This document shows, piece after piece, positions 1-9,000 of a DNA stretch of 18,390 nt. The stretch's first letter is position 1. Each line of letters begins with the position of its first letter. Source of the stretch: Pseudomonadota bacterium (GTDB lineage: Bacteria > UBA10199 > 2-02-FULL-44-16 > JAAZCA01); NCBI GenBank assembly GCA_043798915.1, contig JAZDOG010000013.1:1-18390 (forward strand), written 5' to 3'. The notes under the pieces are model-generated. The model saw nothing but the letters and a program-made list of their open reading frames with translations, had not been told where the DNA came from and ran no database searches. The translations under genes were made by a program, and so were the position numbers.

Positions 1-187
1 GACATGAAGAAAATGCAGAGAAAGAAACAGTGGAGGCGGGAAAATCAGATATGCAAGCCAGAGGCAACCGTGCCAGGAAATGAAAATACGCGCCGTGACG
101 TGCTGGTTTTCACGGCCTGAGTTTCCCGACGGGCACTAAATATAGTGAGAGCGAGGGTGGGGTAAACTTGGCCTGTGTCGCGATGAC

Positions 188-294
188 TTCAAAAACTGGC
201 CCTACGGGCCAACAAGCCCCGCCTTCGGCGGACGTGGGCCGCTACACGGCCCCGTCTTTACAAAAATAAAAGGATCAGGCCGCCAGTTTTGGAA
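188..294. repeat. Multi-hairpin palindromic element (REP/MITE-like)
   Basis: Outer arms ttcaaaaactggc (188-200) and gccagttttggaa (282-294) pair at 12/13 positions. Internal hairpins are ggccc-tac-gggcc (198-210), ccgcc-ttc-ggcgg (219-231) and gggccg-ctaca-cggccc (236-252). Confidence 0.55.
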
Positions 295-354
295 TGAAAA
301 TATACCCTTGAGTTTGCTGAATGATGGTTCTAACGTCGTCCACGGTGGCCCGCA

Positions 355-392
355 AAAGAAAACGGGCCCGATTTTTTGGGTCCGTTTTCTTT
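355..392 (+). terminator. Intrinsic terminator-like hairpin, possibly bidirectional
   Basis: 17-bp stem aaagaaaacgggcccga / ttgggtccgttttcttt, with two G-U pairs on the + strand, a 4-nt loop and a T-rich 3' arm. Confidence 0.65.
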
Positions 393-424
393 AGAAGCCC
401 TTCTCTCGCGCGGCATGTTTGTAG

Positions 425-430
425 TATACT
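425..430 (+). promoter_or_regulatory. Putative -10 box (TATACT) for a leaderless transcript of the release-factor-like gene
   Basis: TATACT lies 6 nt before the ATG at 437. There is no Shine-Dalgarno sequence and no clear -35. Confidence 0.45.
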
Positions 431-436
431 CCCTGC

Positions 437-841
437 ATGCCCGTTTCCCTGTCGAAGCAGAACGATTTAAATCAGCGCATGAAGCGGCTCGGGATAAGCG
501 AGAACGACTTGAGGGAGCACTTCGTTCGTTCATCAGGCGCGGGCGGGCAGAATGTAAACAAGGTCTCGACGTGCGTTGTCTTGAAGCACCTCCCCACGGG
601 CATCAAGGTGAAGTGCCAGAGGGAGAGGAGCCAGGCGCTGAACCGTTTCCTCGCGAGGAGGATCCTTGTCGAGAAGCTCGAGCGGAAGATACTGGGCGAG
701 ATGAGCGCGCTGGAACAGAAGATGTGGAAGGTGAGAAAACAGAAGCGCCGCCGTTCGCGCCGCGCGAAGGAGAAGGTGCTTGCCGAAAAGAGGATCCAGT
801 CCGAGAAGAAGCGCCAGCGTGCGGCGGTCAGAGACTCCTAG
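437..841 (+). CDS. Codon-independent peptidyl-tRNA hydrolase / peptide chain release factor-like protein (RF-1 GGQ domain; ArfB or C12orf65-like ribosome rescue factor), 134 aa
   Basis: RSSGAGGQNVNK, HLPTGIKVKCQ and RSQALNR motifs; no codon-recognition domain; very basic C-terminal tail. Confidence 0.9.
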   Translation: MPVSLSKQNDLNQRMKRLGISENDLREHFVRSSGAGGQNVNKVSTCVVLKHLPTGIKVKCQRERSQALNRFLARRILVEKLERKILGEMSALEQKMWKVRKQKRRRSRRAKEKVLAEKRIQSEKKRQRAAVRDS

Positions 842-3621
842 AATATCAAGGCTGGCGCTATCGGGATCGGCGCCAGCGTCGCCGCTGCCGCGCCTGTGAG
901 TATTTCCGCTCCCAGCAAAAATCCTTCATTTTCTGGTTGTGCATGACTCCGATGGCGCGCTAACCATGCCGCCCCATGATGAATGACGCTGCCCATCCTT
1001 CCTGTCTTATGGTTATTGGGCGGCGAGACGCCCGCGACGACCACTTTTGCTTTGACTGTATTTGCTTCGGCTCCGGATCCACCCGGCCCGGCGCCGCCAG
1101 GACCGGCCGACGGGTCGGTCTTCCATTTCGAAGTGTCGATCTTGATCGTGACGCTCATTCCATGGCCCTTGACGGGCGTGTAGGCTATTTGCCACCCATG
1201 CTGTTTGCCGGCCCCTGACGCCGCCGTCGGGATGTCGGCAGCGGTGCCCTTGCCATTGTCCGAGATTTGCAAGGTGATTTCGTTGCCGACGAGCTTGCCG
1301 TCGACGTCGATCAGGCGATAGTCCGCCTTTGGATCGCTATTGTCGACCCTGCCGCGGATCACTTCGTGGATGGTTCGAAGCAGTTCTTTTTGGATATGGT
1401 CAGGCACGGGGAGGGTTATTTCCAGTTTCGCTATGTTGATAGAGACATCGCGGTTTTTCGCATTGCCTGAGTTCAACCATTTCGCGGCTGCGATGAGGCT
1501 GTCGACGCGTGAGAAATTGAGCGAAGCCAGTTTTTTTATATTGGAAATCACCGTCTCCACATGGCTCGCAACCGCCTTCACCCTTTCTGCAGTGGCGGCG
1601 TCGGGTTTTCCAAAAAGCTTTTCGCATTCATCAATCGCGGCCAGCCACTTTTTATGGAGCGGCGCCAGTTTCTCCCGGAGTTTTTTGCCCAGCGCTCCAA
1701 CTTTCTCGTCCAGGGGCTGAAGCCTCGCCCCGAGGAGGGCAAAATCCGCATCATCTCCGGCGGACGGAGCGGATTTTTTCATCGCCGCGGAGGCATCGGG
1801 GATGAGTTCATCGGACAGCCGCCGTTCAAAATCAGACACGATGGATTCGAAGAGCCTTGTCGCGTCCTCGCTCTGAAACAGTTTGACGAGGCGAGTCGGC
1901 CTGTCCATTCCGGAGGCTGAGTCATGGAGGGTCCTCGCGAGAGACATGCTTTCCACCTCGAGCCTTGCGCCGCCCAGCTCCGATCGCCCGGCCTCGATCA
2001 GCGAGTCGATGGCCTCTTCCACCGCCCGGCCCGGTATCGGGTCGGTCGGGATGTAGGGCATGATAGCGCGGAGAGGTCTGGCGTCGTCGGCGGGGCCTGC
2101 GGGAGGAGGGGGGAGTCGCGGGACAGGAGCGCCGTTTGCAATCGCTTTGGCGAGGGCTTCAGACAGGATGATGATTATCTCGGTCCCGCCTTTCGGAGTC
2201 GATTCGACAATCAACTTCCCTCCATTTCTTTCGGCAAGCCGCCGCATAAAGGAAATGCCGCTCGTCGGGGATGGAGCTCGCATTGCCTCATCCGCGTTGA
2301 AACTGCGGCCGTTGTTCATTATCGACAAAAAACTGCCATCCTCTGGCGACGCAATGCTGATTGTGCGCCCATTGGAGGCGCTGGCTTTCTCGGGGTACGC
2401 ATGTTCCAAAGCGTTCGATATAGCCTCGCGCATTATGAAGAACAGATCGACTCCGGCCTGGCCCGACAGGGCAGTGTGTGGCAACCTTTGTATTTTGATT
2501 GCCACCTTGGCCCAGTCCGCATCGTATTGGAGAGAGGCTACGGCAAATTCGACCGCGGACTCCGCGGTCGAGAGGCTGTAGTTGAAAAGCGGACTAAGAT
2601 ACTTGAGGCGAGTTTTATCGTGGGTGATGGGCCCGACGGCGGTTGCGACAGCCGCGAGCGAGAAGACCGCGTTGTAAACCTTGCGCAGCGTCACGGCGGA
2701 GGCGTCGATGGCCTCGTCCCAGCTGTTGGAAAGATTGCCGGGGAAGAATGAAACTATGTTCTTCAGAAGATGGCCAAGCTCAATCACCTCATCGCGGTCC
2801 TTTGTGGCGAGATCATTTGCCCCATCTCTTGCCTTGATAACCGTGGAGGGGCTCTTCACCGACAGCTCTGCCAGTTTGAGCGCCTCGGGAAAACGCTGCT
2901 CCAGGGCGCGCTGTCTGTGTTCTTCTACCACAGAGTCGTGGATGGCCAGCGCCTCTTCGCCATGGAAAAAGTTTGAGACGGATGCAAGTTTTTCGGCGTC
3001 TGTGACCCTCGGGCGGTCCAGTTTTTTCAGCAGTGATCGGACGGCCCTGTTTGCGCGGGGGTCCTTTCCCTCGATTGCCGCAGCCAGCCGATCGAGCCCG
3101 TCATGCGCGGCTTTCAAACGCGGCGCGGCGTCGGCCTCTGAAACGGGCGCCGGCCCCTCGCCGGCCTTTTCCCCACCCGCGAGGAGCAACTTTTTGATTA
3201 CGGAGGCCACTTTTCTGATGTTGTAGATGGTCCATGCCTTCAACAGCAGCGTCGTGCCATAGATCGTGTAACGCCAAACCCTGCCTATTTTGTCGCTTAA
3301 GGAGATATCCGCGCAGTCTTTTGAAATCGAAGACAGGATGCCTGCATCGGGGAGCTTTTTGCAGATCTCGGCGTCCTTTGAATCCTTCGCGCGATGCCTG
3401 TCCTCCGGTTTATACCAGCTGTTGAAGGCATGGCAGAACTCCGCCTCCTGCGACGTATGGAACGGGATGTATGAATGGATATTACGGTAGGCGCTGAGGT
3501 CGATCGCCTTAAGCTTTTCATCCGGGGCGCACCAGGAGAGCGCCTCGCGATCATTTTGTTTGTCGCAGAGATGAGGTTTCAGCTGCCTTATTATATCCGG
3601 CTGGATGTTGAACCTGGCCAT
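838..3621 (-). CDS. Paralog A (927 aa): 4-Cys N-domain, weak membrane helix, two histidine-kinase-derived modules, conserved C-terminal tail
   Basis: Long ORF. Module 1 has the N-box EAISNALEH, a G1-like NNGRSF and GGKLIVESTPKGGT. Module 2 has ISDNGKG and GHGMSVTIKI but a degenerate N-box. N- and C-terminal motifs are shared with the three neighbours. Confidence 0.85.
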   Translation of the reverse strand: MARFNIQPDIIRQLKPHLCDKQNDREALSWCAPDEKLKAIDLSAYRNIHSYIPFHTSQEAEFCHAFNSWYKPEDRHRAKDSKDAEICKKLPDAGILSSISKDCADISLSDKIGRVWRYTIYGTTLLLKAWTIYNIRKVASVIKKLLLAGGEKAGEGPAPVSEADAAPRLKAAHDGLDRLAAAIEGKDPRANRAVRSLLKKLDRPRVTDAEKLASVSNFFHGEEALAIHDSVVEEHRQRALEQRFPEALKLAELSVKSPSTVIKARDGANDLATKDRDEVIELGHLLKNIVSFFPGNLSNSWDEAIDASAVTLRKVYNAVFSLAAVATAVGPITHDKTRLKYLSPLFNYSLSTAESAVEFAVASLQYDADWAKVAIKIQRLPHTALSGQAGVDLFFIMREAISNALEHAYPEKASASNGRTISIASPEDGSFLSIMNNGRSFNADEAMRAPSPTSGISFMRRLAERNGGKLIVESTPKGGTEIIIILSEALAKAIANGAPVPRLPPPPAGPADDARPLRAIMPYIPTDPIPGRAVEEAIDSLIEAGRSELGGARLEVESMSLARTLHDSASGMDRPTRLVKLFQSEDATRLFESIVSDFERRLSDELIPDASAAMKKSAPSAGDDADFALLGARLQPLDEKVGALGKKLREKLAPLHKKWLAAIDECEKLFGKPDAATAERVKAVASHVETVISNIKKLASLNFSRVDSLIAAAKWLNSGNAKNRDVSINIAKLEITLPVPDHIQKELLRTIHEVIRGRVDNSDPKADYRLIDVDGKLVGNEITLQISDNGKGTAADIPTAASGAGKQHGWQIAYTPVKGHGMSVTIKIDTSKWKTDPSAGPGGAGPGGSGAEANTVKAKVVVAGVSPPNNHKTGRMGSVIHHGAAWLARHRSHAQPENEGFLLGAEILTGAAAATLAPIPIAPALIF

Positions 3622-3684
3622 GGCGTCTTCGGCCCTTTTTTCTTGTGCTGCACTGGGACATCTGCCAAAAAGCGTCTTGCAGTC

Positions 3685-3819
3685 GGCGCTTTAAGAAAGG
3701 GCGGTTGGGTCCCATGCGTTCTGACGGCGGAGAACTCCGCCAGGCCCGGAAGGGAGCAACGGTACCCGATCCGTCCAGAAGTGCCGTGGTCAAACCCGGC
3801 CGCCTTTTCTTAAAGCGCC
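3685..3819. repeat. 135-bp intergenic element with 26-bp terminal inverted repeats (MITE-like or structured RNA)
   Basis: ggcgctttaagaaagggcggttgggt (3685-3710) pairs with acccggccgccttttcttaaagcgcc (3794-3819). The 3 non-Watson-Crick positions are all G-U on the + strand. It contains an internal hairpin ggcggag-aa-ctccgcc. Confidence 0.75.
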
Positions 3820-6045
3820 CTAAAATGGCACGGGCAGCGGTGCCGGAATTGCCGCCCCCGCCGCTGTGCCTGTGAATGTTTCCGCGCTCTGCAAAAATCC
3901 TTCATTTTCTGGCTGTGCATGACTCCGATGGCGCGCAAGCCATGCCGCTCCGTGGCGACTGATTCCTTGTGGCGCGCCTTTGACCGACTTTCCTGTCCGG
4001 TGCTGACCGATCGGCGAGACGCCGGCGACGATCACTTTCGCCTTGTCCGCATCCGCCGGGGCTCCGGCTCCATTCGACCCGGTACTTGCAGGCTTCGGCA
4101 CAGCGGATTTTTCTCCGCCGCCCTTCGGGCCCTGCGGTGCCGGGCCTGAATTGGCGGGACTCAGCCTGATTGTCACCGTCGTCCCTTTATTGAAGTCGGA
4201 GCTGTTATTCATCTCCCAGACGTTTTTCTTCACAAGATCCCGCAGGACGACAAGACCCCTCGCAGCGAGTTTCTGGGGATCGGTCGGCACCTCGACCTGG
4301 TATCCTATTCCATTGTCCGCGGCGCTCAGGGTGCCGTCGAAGTAGTCTATCCGAATCAAATGTGCTTTGCTGTACCGCAGCATATTTGACATCAGTATGC
4401 CCATCGCCAGGTAGAGATCGAAGCCCTTTTCCTCGGATATCGGCAATTGCTTCGGCAACTGCAGGACGACCTTGGTATCCTTCAGACCGGCGCTTTGCGT
4501 GATGACCGCGAGTTTAATGATCGAAGCCACGTCCCTGAATGGATTGAAATCAGGTGTCCTCATGGATTCGAGATAATCCTTGGCAAACAGACCCTCTATG
4601 TTTTCAAGTTCGGCCGGAATGACATTCTCCAGGCCTGTGCGGCTTTTGCCGGCGACGCTTATCAGTCCCAATTGCGGGGCTAGCATTTCACGCCACGCCT
4701 GCTGGGGTGAAGGGTCGGCGATTGCGGAGATCGCCGCGTTCATTCTTTCGCCGAGTTCATTGAGACGATTCCTTGCATCGCTTTCCCCGCTGATTATCCC
4801 CAGGATAGCTGAAGATGGTGTCCTGGAAGCCGAGAGGGCGACTCCGCGGGCCATGGCAGGCAGCCACATGTCCTGCGCCTGCCGCATGTATCTCTGGGCG
4901 AGCAAAGAGTATGTCATCCTCAATTCCCCGGAATTCAGATAATCTTTCGCAAGCCTCATCTTGTCGTCATCCGATCGGGCCCCGTCGCCCAGCGCATCGC
5001 TTGCGGTCTGTGCCCTCTCGAGGAGGAATTGCATGCTGGCGAGGTCGTCGGCAGCAGGGGGCTTGGCGGCTATCCTGCTGTCGGAAGCCAGTGCGGCCTC
5101 GAGCGTGTCCGCCAGCATGCCGATCGCGCCGGTTGCCTTGGTGAGCGGCGGGGTGTCCGCGGCTTTTCCAGGATCGGTTGCAGCCGGCGCCTGGTCCGTT
5201 TTCGGCGCGGGGTCCTTAACCCACGCTTCGAGCCACCGGGCGGCGCGACTCCCAAAACCTAGTCTAGCTTTGCGCGATTCTTCCCGACTCTCGTGCGCCG
5301 CATCGAGGGTCTTCGAAAGTTCGCCCTTCTTCAAACGAGTCTTGAAATAAACCCAAACTGCCGTAAGTGCCGTAATGGCCGCTCCCCCAAGCGCGACCGC
5401 GACTATATGCAGCCTGCCCTTGATCCCGGTGTACTCTTTGGCGACCTCTGCGCAGTCGTCGGAGAGCTGCTGGAGTTCAGCGGGATTGCTTGTGACGAGA
5501 CAGGTCTGGGCTATCGCATTGCGGAGCGCCACCTTCTTCTCTTCGATCTGCGCGTTGATCTTCGCGTCGTTGGGTTTCTTCGCCGCCCTGAGCGCGGCCA
5601 GTTCGCTCAAACCCGTGCTGATCAGACGCGCTTTGGCGCGGAATGTATCATCCCCCATCCTGCTGCGCAGGTCGGCCGACACTCCGTCCGTGATCAATTC
5701 GTGGACGTCGGAATATTCCAGGTTTTGCACCGGCGCGCCCTTTTCATCCCGCCCGTCGATGGCCGCCCTGAGTTTTTTCCGCGCGTCGCTCTGGGTGTCG
5801 GCGCAGAAGTGGTTTGTCTCGGTATAGGCTTTGCTGTAGGCGGCGCAGAACAACACCTCAATGGACTTGTCAACTCCCGGCAACCAATCCAGATAGCCCC
5901 TCGACCTGTAGCTTTTAAGATAGCTGTCGATGTTTATGTCCGGCGGTTTGTCGGCGCAGTAGGCCGCGCTCGATCTGTATGAGCCCCTCCCGCAGATGAG
6001 CGGCGAGATTTGTTTCATGAGCTCGGATTTTATGATGCCAGCCAT
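3820..6045 (-). CDS. Paralog B (741 aa): 4-Cys N-domain with insertion, membrane helix, one HATPase_c-like module, conserved C-terminal tail
   Basis: SD (AAGGAG) before the ATG; hydrophobic helix IVAVALGGAAITALTAVWVYF followed by K/R residues; LMSNMLRYS (N-box), ADNGIGY (G1), KGTTVTIRL. Confidence 0.85.
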   Translation of the reverse strand: MAGIIKSELMKQISPLICGRGSYRSSAAYCADKPPDINIDSYLKSYRSRGYLDWLPGVDKSIEVLFCAAYSKAYTETNHFCADTQSDARKKLRAAIDGRDEKGAPVQNLEYSDVHELITDGVSADLRSRMGDDTFRAKARLISTGLSELAALRAAKKPNDAKINAQIEEKKVALRNAIAQTCLVTSNPAELQQLSDDCAEVAKEYTGIKGRLHIVAVALGGAAITALTAVWVYFKTRLKKGELSKTLDAAHESREESRKARLGFGSRAARWLEAWVKDPAPKTDQAPAATDPGKAADTPPLTKATGAIGMLADTLEAALASDSRIAAKPPAADDLASMQFLLERAQTASDALGDGARSDDDKMRLAKDYLNSGELRMTYSLLAQRYMRQAQDMWLPAMARGVALSASRTPSSAILGIISGESDARNRLNELGERMNAAISAIADPSPQQAWREMLAPQLGLISVAGKSRTGLENVIPAELENIEGLFAKDYLESMRTPDFNPFRDVASIIKLAVITQSAGLKDTKVVLQLPKQLPISEEKGFDLYLAMGILMSNMLRYSKAHLIRIDYFDGTLSAADNGIGYQVEVPTDPQKLAARGLVVLRDLVKKNVWEMNNSSDFNKGTTVTIRLSPANSGPAPQGPKGGGEKSAVPKPASTGSNGAGAPADADKAKVIVAGVSPIGQHRTGKSVKGAPQGISRHGAAWLARHRSHAQPENEGFLQSAETFTGTAAGAAIPAPLPVPF

Positions 6046-6058
6046 GGCTGCTCCTTTT

Positions 6059-9000
6059 CTAGAAAACGGGCACGGCCACCACCGGAGGCGGCGGCGCCGG
6101 GGTAATGCCTAAGAACACCTCGGCACCTTGCTGCTGGACATTCGCAGCATCTGGATGCGATTGCTCTGCCATGCGATGTCGCCAGGCTGCGCCGCGGCGC
6201 TTGGAATCAGGCATCGCTATGCGCGGTCTTGACATGCCGGATACGCCGGCGACGACAATGCGCGGAATCCCGGCCGCCGCTGAAGCGCTGCTGGATACTC
6301 CAGTTTTGCCGAGGGCATCGGCGGGTATAGGCGGCGGTGTTTTGCTGCTTCTTGCCGCCCCTGATCCGCCCGACCCGCTTCCGCCTCTGGGCGCGGGGAA
6401 AACGTCCGCTACCCACTCGTCGGCGATGGTCAGCGTTGCCGTTGTTCCTGTTCCTGGTCTGGAAACGATATCGAGTTTCCAGCCCTTTGCGTCGCAGAGT
6501 TTGCGCAACTCAACGATGCTGTTTTCCGCGCCGTTGTAGCCGATGATTATTTTGAGCGCCTTGCCTTCGCGCGCGGCCGAGACCTCGATCTCCGTTGCGC
6601 CGCTGAGCGCCGGATTGCGAATCATCTTGTAGACGATGCGGAAGAGCTGCGGTCCTTCCTTCGAAGGCACGGATATATTCGTCTCGAGTTTCTTGATTCT
6701 GATGCCGGCCTTGTTGGGCTTTTGCGCCGCCAGCAGGTTCAGCATCCTTGCCGACGCAAGGAGGCCGTTCATATTCGAGAGATTGAATTCTGATCTGGCG
6801 AAGGCAGCGCGGATAGCGCTTTGCTTTTCGTCCGGCAGGTGGTGTGACGCTAAAGCGAGGGCATTGAGGACGTGGCCTGTGTCAATTATCACATCGCCCA
6901 TGCGATGCGTCGCTTTGTTGAAAGCCGCTTCGAAACTGTCGCCGGGGACCGTCATTCCGTTCGCAATAGCCGGGATCACAGGCAGGAGCGCTTTCTGAAG
7001 CTTCGCCAGCTGCTCATTCGTTGCGAGGGCCTTATCGATCGCCTCGTGCAAGTCGTCAAGAGTCTTCGCGCCCGCTTGTTCGTCCCCGTTTTTTATATGC
7101 ATGGCGGCCGAGGTCAGCTCGTCCATGGCTTTTGGCACGGTCTCCCCCAGCACAACCTGTTCGAAGCGGGTTGCGAGGTCGCCCATCAGCCCCAGCGTTT
7201 CTTCGCTGCGAAGCATGGGGGCAAGCCTCCCGAGTCTTTCGATGTCGATAATGAGGTTTTTAACCGCTTCAAATCGATCTCCCGGCGGCAATGCTAACTG
7301 TATTTTGTTCCATTGTTTTTGCGCCCAATCCAGCCCGCTTCTGCCGGCGGGCGCGATCGGCAGCGCCACGATGCCTACTGAAGCGTTCGCCTGGGCCGCG
7401 TCGATCCTTTGCTCGGAAATGAGCTGCGCCTGAGCCAGAGCGACCAGCGCATGTATGTGCTCACGCCCGGTCCAGTCTGCCTGCGTCCAATTCATGTCCC
7501 TTCTGTCGTCGAGCGCCTTCGAGAGGGCTTCGGCCCTTGCGTCGCCGGAAATGAGTTGCGCCTGTGCCGCCTCGATCAGCCTGCCCATGGCGGTTTTCAC
7601 CTGCTCGAGCATGGAGGCAACATTCGAGGCGTCGAAATCATTCCGCGGCGCATAGAAATTTTTCGGGGTTGCCGCGGGCAAAACGTCCAGCGCGGACGGC
7701 GTTGAAATCCACGGGAGATCGATTTCCCGTGTGAAAAAACTCATGCCCCGGACGACCACGCCCACCATTATTTTCGGGGAGGCATCGAAATCAGGCGACG
7801 GCGAGACGTTGATGAACATCGACCCCATGATGGTGGTTTCGTCGGTCACCGTTTCGTTGATTACCGCAGCGATCGCTCCCTGGACGGCGATCAGGAGCCC
7901 CATTCGGTTCTCTATGGGCACCTGCGAAGGAATCAATGGCACCTTCATCTCTATTCTCAGCTTTTTTTCAGCGGCGGCATGAATGTTCAGCGCGACCGCG
8001 AGCGCCATGGTGGAATCGAGCCATTCCAGGTCAAGCCTTTTTGATATGGCATATTCGAAGGCCGTTTCTTCGTCCAGTTTGTCCGGGCGGCCCGCTATCG
8101 GCTTGTGCCATTCCGATTCCGGATCCGTTATGGCATCTTCCGCGTAATCTTCGAGTTTGGAATGATTCGGATCCATTGCCCTGGCAAGGGACATCAGCGT
8201 GGTCCGCATCCCGTAGACGAGGGACCCTTCCAACATATCATTCCATCTCGCGGACCATCTCGCGGATCCGCCGATCGACTGCGGCACGGGCGTGGTTTCC
8301 CTGAGGGCCTTGAGGGCCAGGATGATATTTTGAAGCTCTCCAAGCGGTTGCAAACCGCCCTTGAGCAATTGCGACACTACCCAGTCCGCATCGGGGGCGC
8401 TATACGCGCCATCATCAACTGCAGGCGCGTGCCCATCTTTTTTTCCGATTGCCCGGGCAATGGCGTTCGCAATTTCCACCGCTTCTTTCGACAGCGATGC
8501 CTCTTTTTGATGGGCTATAACGACGTCGCCTGTTGTCAGCGTTGCCTTTTTCCGATGGGCTATAACGGCTTCCGCTATTTGGGGGAGCCAGAGTTGGGCA
8601 AATTGAGGCCAGGCGTCTTCTATGATCGACTTAAGCAAGCCGGCGTTCTCATCGGTGAAGAACGACTCCGCGCCGGAGGCTTTGAGCGCCCGCGCCAGCA
8701 GCCGCAATTTTTCGGCGATATCCTTATTCAAATGCAACGGGTCCGCTGTCTCGAGCCGCCCGGCCGCGGCTTCAATTAAAGCGGATAAAGCGGAGGTGCT
8801 GCTGGGAGCTGGCGGCGGCGCTTCGTTCAGGACCGGGGCCGCGGGCAACGCTACCGCTTCGCCTGACTCTGGCGCTGATGAAACCGACGGGGCTGCGGTT
8901 TCCCGTCCGGGTCGGGGTTGACTCCGGACTCCCACCACTATTTTTTTGGGAGCGCCGGAAAGAGGGGAAGTCGAGATATCGATGGTCGCCCCCTTTGGGG

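Noticed and set aside
1..120. 3' end of an upstream gene
   Set aside because: Two + frames are open (stops at 83 and 120) and I cannot tell which, if either, is real.
1915..2790. LARTLHD and ELGHLLKN in paralog A as phospho-accepting H-boxes
   Set aside because: They resemble HisKA_3 and HisKA_2 boxes but do not align by eye with the AHDTGN position of paralog D. They are unproven without a structural model.
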